From an uncultured delta proteobacterium (lineage in GTDB: Bacteria; Myxococcota_A; UBA9160; UBA4427): 64,000 bases of DNA. The number at the start of each line of letters is the position of its first letter. Positions within the stretch are counted from its first letter, which is position 1. Location: positions 96,001-160,000 of the forward strand of contig CAWGJT010000009.1 of the NCBI GenBank assembly GCA_963822965.1, read 5' to 3'. Made by a program: the position numbers and the translations under genes. Below the pieces are notes generated by a model, which did no database searches, had not been told where the DNA came from, and saw only the letters and a list, made by a program, of their open reading frames with translations. This document shows positions 45,395 through 53,927 of this stretch, piece after piece.

Positions 45395-45560
45395 CAGGTC
45401 GCGGCGGGCAGGCGCAGACTGGTACCGCACTGCGGACAGCGAAGCGCGTCGCGGTGAATCTTCGATTCACAAGCGCTTGGCCAGCGTAGCTGGCCCGCGA
45501 TCTCGAATGCGCGTCTCGAGAGCTCTGCCCAGCGGATCCGGTACGCGCGAGCCTGCTCCT
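45395..45560 (-). mobile_element. IS91-family-like transposase C-terminal remnant
   Basis: RIRWAELSRRAFEI...DALRCPQCGTSLRL resembles the WAxLLxRVFxIDxLxCPxCGGxLR motif; interrupted by a 48-nt insert. Confidence 0.6.
45451..45498. repeat. 48-nt multi-palindrome element
   Basis: GTGAATC-TTC-GATTCAC, CAAGCGCTTG and GGCCAGC-GTA-GCTGGCC, enclosed by GCGG/CCGC. Confidence 0.7.
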
Positions 45561-45627
45561 CGTCCCTGCGATCAGCGCTCCTCGCCGGGCTTCCCGGTCT
45601 CCGGTTCGGATCCGCCCGGCCCACCCC

Positions 45628-47376
45628 CTACGGGCACGACGGCGGAGACCACGGCGGCGGATTGCCCGAGAGGAGCTCGATCAAGGAGAAGAACGTCGCA
45701 GAGATCGAGTTGTCCTCGTAGCAGTTGCCGTGGTCGTCGGGCAGGGTGACGAGCGTGAGGTCAGCCGCCGCGAAGGAGAACGGGTGCGGCACCGGATCCG
45801 TCCCGTTGTCGATGAGCTCGTTCTCCACGACGCGGTTGTTCTCGGCGGTCTGATCCGGCAGGAACCCCGGCTTGAGCGTGTTGGGATCGCAGCCCTGCTG
45901 CCCGGCTTCCTGGCAACATTGCTGCGGCGTCCCCGCGACGCTCACGCAATAGTCGACGATGGCAACCCCGCTGAAGTCGTTGCCCTCGATGTGGTTTCTC
46001 GTGATCAGCGAGTTGTCCACCGCCTGGTAGAAGATCCCGATCCCGGAAGGCAGGTTGGAGAGAGCGGAGCCCGGCCGGGACGTGTTCTCCCGATTGTTGT
46101 CGACGACCAGGTTGTCACGAAGATTGATGCGGTTGGCGCCTTGCCGCTCGTCGAATTCGCTTCCCGGTAGCATGAGGATGGACATGCCGACGGTGTTCTG
46201 CCGCGTCACGTTGTGCACGACCTCGACGTCGTCGCTGTTCGAGATCTCGAACCCATTCACGTTGTCTTCGGCGATGCTGTGCGTGACCAGGACGTTCTCG
46301 GAGCTCTGCACCCAGATCCCGCTGTCCAGGTCGGAGCCCGTGGCGCGGCTGTGGCTGATCAACCCGTTCCTCGAGAGGGTCGGGAAGATCCCGTAGTTCC
46401 GGTTGTCGATGGACTCGACGTCGATGATCTTGTAGCCGTCGACGCGCTGGGTGAAGAGCCCGTTGTTGTCGAAGCCGCGAATCGTGATGCCGCGAATCTC
46501 GATGTCGTAGAGCAGCGGCTCCATGTCCCCCGAGCGGGGCCCCACGCCGGGAAGCAGCGGGAACGGCGGAGCCATGCTCTCGTGACAGCTCATGCAGTCC
46601 TTGTCCGCGGGCGGCACGACGACGATGCCGTTGCGCTGATTCCCCGCGTTCTCGAGGACCACGCGCTTGTTGGGCGTGTTCTGCCCGATCAGGCGGATTC
46701 CGCTCTTGGTGATGTTGAGACCGTTGGTCGGGTTCCCGACCTCATGGTACACGCCGGCCAAGACGAAGATCCTCGTGCCCTCCTTCGCTCGATCGATGGC
46801 GGCCTGGATGGATTCGCCCGGCTTCACGACGATGGTGTTCCGCTTGAGCTGGCCCGGGGGAAACTCCTCGTCGTCGCCCGGCGGCGGCGGCGGCGGCGGG
46901 GGGGGCGGCTCGGTTCCATCGGGATCCAGCGGCCCGATGCCCTCCGGAGGCAGCTGGTTCGCCTGGGTCTGTCCCGACCTGAAGTAGTACGTGTTGAACG
47001 CGCCCTCGGTCCAGCCCGGCTGCGTGCCGAGACCGATCTCCATCACGTTGTCGACGCCGGCCTCGTCCGAGTTCAGCAGCTCGACGCAGAAGAACGCCTC
47101 CTCGTTGCTCACGCCACCGCTATTGTCGAAGTCGCAGACGGGATCGTTGAGGGCGCCACCGATGTCCCAGCCGTAGCCGTTCCAGGGATTGCCGCCGTTC
47201 GCGTCGACGTGGCAGAGCTGACATCCGGCGTTGTCGCCGGAGGGCGAGGTGGCGCCGTACCGGGACTGCCAGTCCTGGAGGATCCCGGGGAAGGCGACGG
47301 CCTGCGTGGCCGTGACGACGAGACACGCACCCAGCACGTCGGCGAACAAAGAACGGATGGACAGTCGAGCCTTCAT
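45628..47376 (-). CDS. Secreted parallel beta-helix protein with two CxxCH heme-c motifs
   Basis: Signal peptide ending AVA; CQLCH; poly-Pro linker; VKPGESIQAAIDRA beta-helix start; CMSCH; NxxYGIFP-type repeats. Confidence 0.8.
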   Translation of the reverse strand: MKARLSIRSLFADVLGACLVVTATQAVAFPGILQDWQSRYGATSPSGDNAGCQLCHVDANGGNPWNGYGWDIGGALNDPVCDFDNSGGVSNEEAFFCVELLNSDEAGVDNVMEIGLGTQPGWTEGAFNTYYFRSGQTQANQLPPEGIGPLDPDGTEPPPPPPPPPPGDDEEFPPGQLKRNTIVVKPGESIQAAIDRAKEGTRIFVLAGVYHEVGNPTNGLNITKSGIRLIGQNTPNKRVVLENAGNQRNGIVVVPPADKDCMSCHESMAPPFPLLPGVGPRSGDMEPLLYDIEIRGITIRGFDNNGLFTQRVDGYKIIDVESIDNRNYGIFPTLSRNGLISHSRATGSDLDSGIWVQSSENVLVTHSIAEDNVNGFEISNSDDVEVVHNVTRQNTVGMSILMLPGSEFDERQGANRINLRDNLVVDNNRENTSRPGSALSNLPSGIGIFYQAVDNSLITRNHIEGNDFSGVAIVDYCVSVAGTPQQCCQEAGQQGCDPNTLKPGFLPDQTAENNRVVENELIDNGTDPVPHPFSFAAADLTLVTLPDDHGNCYEDNSISATFFSLIELLSGNPPPWSPPSCP

Positions 47377-47619
47377 GGCCGTAGACTCCTTCGATCGGCA
47401 GGATTTTCACTATACGCGGCGGGCGAGCGACGGGTCAAGAACGAGGGGCCGTGGGTCGTCGGGATTCATCCGCCTGCTCAAACCTCCGTCGCGGAGCTCC
47501 AGCCCGACGGGGCCGTCAGCTGTAGCGCGATGGTGGAGTCCGCCTACCCGCGGGAGTGCCGCGACGGTCGCAGGCCCGTAGGGACTCGCTTCGGAACCTC
47601 GTCCCTCGGGCGAGTCGCG

Positions 47620-47785
47620 TATCGACAGTGCACCCGGTCGGTGTCGTAGTACTCCACATGTTCCCGGAGCAGGCGCCTCAGGTGGTCCTCGCCGAGCACC
47701 ACCACGCAACCGGGCAGCTCGCAGCGTACGGTCCCTAACAACCGCTCAGCCGTCCCGTTGTACCATGGACCGTGAAAGACGGTTC
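47620..47785 (-). mobile_element. Integrase-core (DDE) transposase remnant
   Basis: PWYNGTAERLLGTVRCE...VVLGEDHLRRLLREHVEYYDTDRVH. Confidence 0.7.
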
Positions 47786-47975
47786 GCCGGGGATCGATTC
47801 CGAAGCTCGATCGAGGGTTGAAGTGGAGAACGCGACGTCGGGGTCTCTCGTTCGGAGCGGCTTCGGCTCTACCCCGAGACCCCTGGGGAAACCCCGAGGC
47901 GACCCTGCGCGCCGTCCGCAACCTCCGCTACCACACTGACGACTCCGTCTCGGGTCGGCCTCCTGGTGTCCTGAG

Positions 47976-49187
47976 TCAGAAGTTCGCCGGCATTCGGCCG
48001 CCCGTGCGCGCGGAGAGCGTTACCGGCAGGCGCCTCGGGCCGTTGGCCCAGAAGACCGGGACCTTCTCGCGGACGTAGTCGGCGGGCAGCCTCATCTCGG
48101 CGACGTGGTCGAGGAACACCTCGATCGCGACCCGCGCCTCGAGCCTCGCCAGCACCGACCCGGGGCACACGTGGGGCCCCCCGCCGAATGCGAGGTGGTG
48201 CTTCGGGTCGGGTCGGTCGAGCCGGAAGCGGTCGGGATCGTCGTAGTGCGACTCGTCGCGGTTCGCCGAAGCGATCCCGAACGCGACCTTCTCGCCGGCC
48301 CGGATCCGAACGCCGCGGACCTCGGTATCGCGAATGCAGTCGCGCAGCAGCACGGCGGTCGGCGGGTCGAGCCGCAGCGACTCCTCGACCGCGATCGGGA
48401 TCCGGTCCGGGTCGTCCTGCAGCTGCCGGAACAGGCTCGCGTCCTCGGCCATCGTCGCCAACAGGTTGCCGATCAGATTGCGCGTCGTCTCGTTGCCGGC
48501 CACCAGCAGGAACACGACGAGCATGCGGATCTCGGTGTCCGTCAAGGACTCTCCGTCGACCTCGGTGTGGATGAGTCGGGTCACGAAGTCGTCCGGAGGC
48601 TCGGCGGCGGCGCGGCGCTCGCGGATCTGCCGGTCCACATAGCCGGCGAACTCAGGGTGCGCGCCGGAGAAGCCTTCTCCCCGCTCGCTGCGGTTCCGGG
48701 TCGGGTAGTCGCCCTGCACCACGTCCCCCGACCACTGCCCCCACAGACCGAAGTCCGTCGCCGGAACGCCGAGCAGCGTCGCGATCACCGACGTCGGAAG
48801 CGGCATCACGTACTCGTCCATCAGCTCGCCGCCGCCCCTGGCCATCACCTTCTGTAGGAGATCCGTGCACAGCGCTCGCGCGAAGGGCTCGACTCGAGCC
48901 AGCCGATGTGCCGCGATCGCCGAGTTCACGATCCGGCGGATCTTGCCATGTCGCGGCTCGGCGATCTCGCTGATGAGCTGCTCCTCGTCGGGCACCACCA
49001 CCCCGGGATCGCGAAAGCTCGACTTGAAGCTCTCGACGTCCTTCGTGGCCGCCTGGACGTCGTCGAAGCGCGAGAAGAACCACACCCCGCTGGGTGCCTT
49101 CCAGACGGGCTGCTCCCGGCGCAGGCGCTGGAAGACCTCGTACGGGATGCGCGTCGTGTAGTCGAGGGGATCGCCCCGGCTCGTCAT
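47976..49187 (-). CDS. Cytochrome P450
   Basis: AGNETT, EESLR, SANRDE, FGGGPHVCPG. Confidence 0.95.
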   Translation of the reverse strand: MTSRGDPLDYTTRIPYEVFQRLRREQPVWKAPSGVWFFSRFDDVQAATKDVESFKSSFRDPGVVVPDEEQLISEIAEPRHGKIRRIVNSAIAAHRLARVEPFARALCTDLLQKVMARGGGELMDEYVMPLPTSVIATLLGVPATDFGLWGQWSGDVVQGDYPTRNRSERGEGFSGAHPEFAGYVDRQIRERRAAAEPPDDFVTRLIHTEVDGESLTDTEIRMLVVFLLVAGNETTRNLIGNLLATMAEDASLFRQLQDDPDRIPIAVEESLRLDPPTAVLLRDCIRDTEVRGVRIRAGEKVAFGIASANRDESHYDDPDRFRLDRPDPKHHLAFGGGPHVCPGSVLARLEARVAIEVFLDHVAEMRLPADYVREKVPVFWANGPRRLPVTLSARTGGRMPANF

Positions 49188-49233
49188 CCGCTCATGATAG
49201 TCTGGAAGATGGCCCTTCTGGTAGGATCCCGGG

Positions 49234-50034
49234 ATGGGCCGAGCCAACTGCTGGAAGGACGACGCGGAGTACGACTTCGGGGCGCTCGTCGCCTCGCTGA
49301 ACCGGTACCTGCGCCTCAAGGCCACGCCGGTGGGGATGAAGCGCTTCCGCGACGTGAGCGAGCTGGAAGCCATCCCCCGACTTCGCCGGCCGCCCGAAGG
49401 CGAGAAGCTCGCGACCGACCAGATCGTGGGACAGGCGCGTTGGCTCGGGTACACCATCGGGATCACCATGGAGAACCTGGTCGGCGCGCAGTGCGGGGCC
49501 GTCGTCGGCCTGCACCCGAGAGACGAGAGCTTCCTGAGCGGCGAGAACTTCAACGGCGTCTGGTACGGCGACCTCGAGAGCAGCGCCAGCCACCAACGAG
49601 AGATGTCCTGCGCCCCCTACGGCGACTACCAAGCCCTGGTCGTCTCGCCGCTCACCGCGGGTCGCATCGACAACCCCGACATCTGTCTCATCTACGCAAC
49701 GCCGGGGCAGATGATCACCCTGATGAACGGGCTGCAGTACCGCAACTACAAGAAGTACACCTTCACCTGCGTCGGGGAGAGCGCCTGCGCCGACTCCTGG
49801 GGCAATGCGCTCCGCACCGGCGAGCCCTCGCTCTCGATCCCGTGTTATGCCGAGCGGAAGTTCGGCGGCGTGCAGGACGACGAGCTGCTCATCGCGCTTC
49901 CCCCGAGCTACCTGCCGCAGATCGCGACGGGACTCGAGGCGCTCAGCAAGAACGGGCTTCGCTACCCCATCCCGAATCATGGCCTCGACAAGTCCCCGAT
50001 CGCCAGCCTGGCGCAGAGCTACGGCAAGCGATAG
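49234..50034 (+). CDS. DUF169 family protein
   Basis: LRLKATPVGMK, PDICLIYATPGQM, GESACADS, SIPCYAER, DDEL. Confidence 0.8.
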   Translation: MGRANCWKDDAEYDFGALVASLNRYLRLKATPVGMKRFRDVSELEAIPRLRRPPEGEKLATDQIVGQARWLGYTIGITMENLVGAQCGAVVGLHPRDESFLSGENFNGVWYGDLESSASHQREMSCAPYGDYQALVVSPLTAGRIDNPDICLIYATPGQMITLMNGLQYRNYKKYTFTCVGESACADSWGNALRTGEPSLSIPCYAERKFGGVQDDELLIALPPSYLPQIATGLEALSKNGLRYPIPNHGLDKSPIASLAQSYGKR

Positions 50035-50037
50035 CCC

Positions 50038-51231
50038 GTGAGCGTCCGTCTCGAGGTCACGCTCGAGGAGCTTCGCCGGCGGCGGGGCGTGAAGTGGACC
50101 TCCTTCCCGCCGGACGTCCTGCCCGCCTGGGTGGCCGACATGGACTTCCCCATCGCCGCGCCCATTCGGGAGGCGATTCGCGGCGTCCTCGAGCGGGACG
50201 ATGGTGGCTATTCGGGGGCACCCGCCCTGAAGGCGCTGGGCACGGCCTTCGCGAAGCGCATGAGCGACCGCTTCGGCTGGCAGCCCGAGCCACCGATGGC
50301 GCAACCCACCGGTGACCTCATCCAGGCGATGATCGCCAGCGTGGCGACCTTCTGCGCTCCCGGTGAGGGCGTCGTCATCCAGACGCCCATCTACTACCCG
50401 TTCCTCCAGATCGTGGACATGCTGGGGCGCCGCCTGGTCGACAACCCCCTGGTCCTCGGCGCCGATCGCTACGAGATGGACCTCGACGGCCTCCGGGACG
50501 CGATCGACGAGGGGACCCGCCTCGTTCTGTTCTGCAACCCCCACAACCCGACGGGTCGGGTCTTCGAACGCCACGAGCTCGAGGGACTGGCGGCCCTGGC
50601 CCTCGAGCACGATCTGATCGTCGTGTCGGACGAGGTCCACGCCGACCTCGCCTACCCGGGCGAGACCCACATCCCGTTCGCGTCACTCGGCCCCGAGATC
50701 GCGCGCCGCACCATCACGCTCACCGCGGCGACGAAGGCCTTCAACATCGCCGGCCTCAAGTGCGCGCTGATCCACTTCGGGTCGAAGGCGCTGCGAGACC
50801 GCCAGGCGGCGGGCTTCGACATCCGCCTCCTCGGGATCCCCAATGTCTTCGGCATCGAGGCCACCCTCGCCGCCTGGCGCGACGGCGAGGAGTGGCTGGA
50901 CGCGGTCGTCCGCCAGCTGGACGCGAACCGCAGTCGCGTCGCGAGCTTCCTCGACGAGAAGCTTCCCCGGATCGGCTTCCATCCGCCTGAAGCCAGCTAC
51001 CTCGCCTGGCTCGATTGCGGCGCGCTCGGGCTTCCCGCGCGACCGTACGACTTCTTCCTCTCCCGGGCCCGCGTCGCGACGAGCGACGGAAAGGACTTCA
51101 GCAGGGGCCGCAGCGATCAGTTCGTCCGGCTGAACTTCGCGACCGCGCCCGTCATCCTGGACGAGATCCTCGAACGGATGCGGGCGGCCGTCGAAGGCCG
51201 CCCGCCGGACCCTCCCGAGCTCGCATCCTGA
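50038..51231 (+). CDS. MalY/PatB family PLP-dependent C-S lyase
   Basis: KW, WVADMDF, FCNPHNPTG, SDEVHAD, TKAFNIAG, YLAWLD, RLNFA. Confidence 0.9.
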   Translation: MSVRLEVTLEELRRRRGVKWTSFPPDVLPAWVADMDFPIAAPIREAIRGVLERDDGGYSGAPALKALGTAFAKRMSDRFGWQPEPPMAQPTGDLIQAMIASVATFCAPGEGVVIQTPIYYPFLQIVDMLGRRLVDNPLVLGADRYEMDLDGLRDAIDEGTRLVLFCNPHNPTGRVFERHELEGLAALALEHDLIVVSDEVHADLAYPGETHIPFASLGPEIARRTITLTAATKAFNIAGLKCALIHFGSKALRDRQAAGFDIRLLGIPNVFGIEATLAAWRDGEEWLDAVVRQLDANRSRVASFLDEKLPRIGFHPPEASYLAWLDCGALGLPARPYDFFLSRARVATSDGKDFSRGRSDQFVRLNFATAPVILDEILERMRAAVEGRPPDPPELAS

Positions 51232-51266
51232 GCCTTGCCCCGGGGAGGCCGCGGGCGCCTCTCCGC

Positions 51267-51465
51267 TCAATTCCCCGCTCGCTCGAGGCGCTGCCGGATC
51301 TCCGCCATGGTGGCGAAGGTGGTCTTGAGCTCTTCGCTCGTCAGGCCGCGAACGAAGTCCTCGGCCCAGACGTTGTGTCGCCGGTAGACCTCCTCGAGGG
51401 CCGTGAAGCCCTTGTCGCTCAGCTCGACGAGCTTGGCCCGGCGGTGGTTCGGGTTGGTCCTGAGG
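51267..51465 (-). pseudogene. MarR-family regulator, 3' fragment
   Basis: NPNHRRAKLVELSDKG wing motif plus C-terminal helices; no N-terminal HTH. Confidence 0.65.
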
Positions 51466-51690
51466 ACGACGAAGGGAATGCACATCACCCTCGAGCACGG
51501 CGCGTCCTTCGGCCCCTTCATCGCGGGTCCCGATGGCGTCGAACTCTTCGAGGTGATGATGGGCGACCCGCGTTCCTGGCCCGCGAATCCCGAGGGGTTC
51601 GAGAAGCTGCTGAAGGAACGGGGCGCCAGGAAGCTCCCGAACCCGCCCATCGACCTCCCCGACTGGCTCGAAGACACCCGCACTTCCTGA
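51466..51690 (+). pseudogene. Cupin-like protein, 3' fragment
   Basis: GMHITLEHGASFGPFIAGPDGVELFEVMMGDPRS looks like the second half of a cupin barrel; coding-like codon bias. Confidence 0.5.
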
Positions 51691-51788
51691 GGTCGCGGCC
51701 GCCCTCTCGCGCATGATCGTCGACGGCGACTCCCGGCTCGCGGACGAGCGCGCACGGCCCTTGGCGTTGCGCAGCCGAGCCGGGGACT

Positions 51789-51950
51789 CTAGGCGTGCGG
51801 ATCCTTCCGGTGCTCCGGGCAGCCGGGCTTGCCGCGGCAGGCCATGCCGCCCGTGCAGGCGCCACAGCCGCCGCCGCCGCTGCGGCCGCGTTGCGACAGG
51901 CCGAAGACGATGAAGAGCACGGCCAGCAACAGCGGGGCGAGGATCTCCAT
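51789..51950 (-). CDS. 53-aa single-TM Cys-rich peptide at the end of the rnf operon
   Basis: MEILAPLLLAVLFIVFGLSQRGRSGGGGCGACTGGMACRGKPGCPEHRKDPHA*; ATG overlaps the rnfA stop (TGATG). Below the ORF-track size cutoff. Confidence 0.75.
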   Translation of the reverse strand: MEILAPLLLAVLFIVFGLSQRGRSGGGGCGACTGGMACRGKPGCPEHRKDPHA

Positions 51951-52528
51951 CACGTCGCGCTCAGCAGGCCGGCGAAGCCCATGAAGGCGAGGGAGAGGCT
52001 GGCGGCGATGATCAGCACGAGGCCCATGCCCCGGGCGACCGTGGGCACGTCCGCCAGCTCGGTCTCCTCGCGGATCGACGCCATCAGCACGAGCGCCAGG
52101 GTCAGCCCGCAGCCCGCGCCGAGCGCGAAGGCCAGGCCCTCCAGGAAGTCGTAGTCGCGGTTCGTCTGGAAGATGGCGAGCCCGAGGATCGCGCAGTTCG
52201 TCGTGATCAAGGGCAGGTAGATGCCGAGCTCGCGGAAGAGGACCGGAGAGACCTTCTTGATGACCGTCTCGACCACTTGCACGAGCGACGCGATCACGAC
52301 GATGAAGGAGATGATGCGCAGGTAGGGCGCCTTCGCCAGCACGAAGGCGTTCAGGAACGACACGGCCAGCGACGTCAGCACCAGCACGAAGATGTTGGCC
52401 GCACCCATGCGCAGCGCCGTCTCGACGCGCGCCGACACGCCCATGAAGGGACAGAGCCCGAGGAAGAGCGCCAGGGTGAAGTTGTTGATCACCATCGCGG
52501 AGAGGAAGATCCAGACGAGCTCGATCAT
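51950..52528 (-). CDS. rnfA: Rnf complex subunit A
   Basis: INNF.L..FLGLCPFMGVS, LGIYLPLITTNCAILG, SLAFMGFAG. Confidence 0.95.
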   Translation of the reverse strand: MIELVWIFLSAMVINNFTLALFLGLCPFMGVSARVETALRMGAANIFVLVLTSLAVSFLNAFVLAKAPYLRIISFIVVIASLVQVVETVIKKVSPVLFRELGIYLPLITTNCAILGLAIFQTNRDYDFLEGLAFALGAGCGLTLALVLMASIREETELADVPTVARGMGLVLIIAASLSLAFMGFAGLLSAT

Positions 52529-53238
52529 TGCACCTCTCCCGGCCCGCGCCCGGGACGCCCGCCGTCGGCGAGCGCGGCGCCGGCGGCCGCGATCGCCTCC
52601 GGCCGGAGCGCCCTGCCGTCGCGCGCCTCGACGCGGCGCACCTGCCGCTCCTGCCACCATGCGAGCCCGAGCAGCAGCACGCCGAGGGTCAGAAAGCCAC
52701 CGGGCGGCAGGATCATGACGACCCACGGCTCGTAGGACGGCCCGAAGAGCGGGAAGCCGAGGAGCTTTCCACTGCCGAGCACCTCGCGCACCAAGCCCAG
52801 CATCACGAGGGCGACGGAGAACCCGACCCCGGTGCCGAACGCGTCGAGCAGCGCCCGACCGACGGAATGCTTCGACGCGAACGCCTCCTGTCGCCCGAGG
52901 ATCATGCAGTTGACGACGATCAGCGCGATGAACGCACCGAGCGCCTTGTGGATGTCGGGCACCAGCGCCTCGAGCGTGAAGTCCGCCACCGTGACGAAGG
53001 TCGCGATGATCAGGATGTAGACCGAGATGCGGATCTCGCCCGGGATGAGGCGCCGGCCGAGCGAGACGAGCAGGCTCGAGCCGCACAGCACGAAGAGCGT
53101 CGCGAGCCCCATCGCGAGGCTGTTCTCGACGTTGTTCGTGACCGCCAGCGCCGGGCACAGCCCGAGCATCTGGACGAGCACCGGGTTCTCGCGCCAGAGG
53201 CCGCGCAGGACGTCCTCCCGCGGCGTCGTCTCCCTCAC
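52525..53238 (-). CDS. rnfE: Rnf complex subunit E
   Basis: ENPVLVQMLGLCPALAV, IRI, LIVVNCMILGR, ILPPGGF. Confidence 0.95.
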   Translation of the reverse strand: MRETTPREDVLRGLWRENPVLVQMLGLCPALAVTNNVENSLAMGLATLFVLCGSSLLVSLGRRLIPGEIRISVYILIIATFVTVADFTLEALVPDIHKALGAFIALIVVNCMILGRQEAFASKHSVGRALLDAFGTGVGFSVALVMLGLVREVLGSGKLLGFPLFGPSYEPWVVMILPPGGFLTLGVLLLGLAWWQERQVRRVEARDGRALRPEAIAAAGAALADGGRPGRGPGEVQ

Positions 53239-53927
53239 CGTGCACCCTCCGCGAAGGCAGCTTCGACGGCCGGACGGACGCGCGCGAGCGAGCGGTCGAT
53301 CATCCGGACCACGGCGCGCGAGGAGATCGTGGCGCCCGAGATGGCGTCGATCTCGCCGTCCGCGCCCGTCGGCCGCTTGACGACCGTGAGCGGTGGCCGC
53401 GCGCCGGCGAACTGCGCGACGAAGGCGGGGTCCTTCTCGATCCGGTCCCCGAGCCCCGGGGTCTCCCGGCTCTCGAGCACCTTCATGCCCAGCAGCCGGC
53501 CGGTCGTCGGATCGAAGCCGTAGATCAACGTGATGACGTCCTGGAAGCCGGCCTCGGCCGCCGCGACGGCGACGCCCGTCACCCGGCCGCCGGCGTCGAA
53601 GCCCACGTGGATCGGCAACGCGTCGTCTTCCGAAGCTCCGGCGGGCGGCTCGCGCACGACGCGGCCGTCCACGACGTACTCCGTCTCGTAGCGAGCCGGG
53701 CCCTGCAACACCTCGGCGACGGCCCGGCGCAGGACCTCGGCCTTGTGGGCCGCGATCGTCTCGAACGTGGCGTCGAAGACGCCGACGATCAGCAGGCCCG
53801 CGACCGCACCCGCGGCGCCGAGGGTGACGATCAGCCGCAGCGCGGACACCGGAGTCGGTGCGCCCGCGGTCGCGCCCTGGGCGTCCGCCGGCAGCGGCGG
53901 GCCCCGCCTCGCGTCGACACCGTTCAC
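53235..53927 (-). CDS. rnfG: Rnf complex subunit G
   Basis: N-terminal TM, GF...I, ETPGLG, flavinylation motif DAISGATISS. Confidence 0.92.
   Translation of the reverse strand: MNGVDARRGPPLPADAQGATAGAPTPVSALRLIVTLGAAGAVAGLLIVGVFDATFETIAAHKAEVLRRAVAEVLQGPARYETEYVVDGRVVREPPAGASEDDALPIHVGFDAGGRVTGVAVAAAEAGFQDVITLIYGFDPTTGRLLGMKVLESRETPGLGDRIEKDPAFVAQFAGARPPLTVVKRPTGADGEIDAISGATISSRAVVRMIDRSLARVRPAVEAAFAEGAR

Noticed and set aside
46880..46906. G8 run and (CGG)n in the heme/beta-helix gene as a phase-variation tract
   Set aside because: Explained by the poly-proline linker; the frame is intact and there is no evidence of variation.
47818..47975. Possible gene fragment (RDPWGNPEATLRAVRNLRYH)
   Set aside because: Too short, and I cannot assign it to any family.
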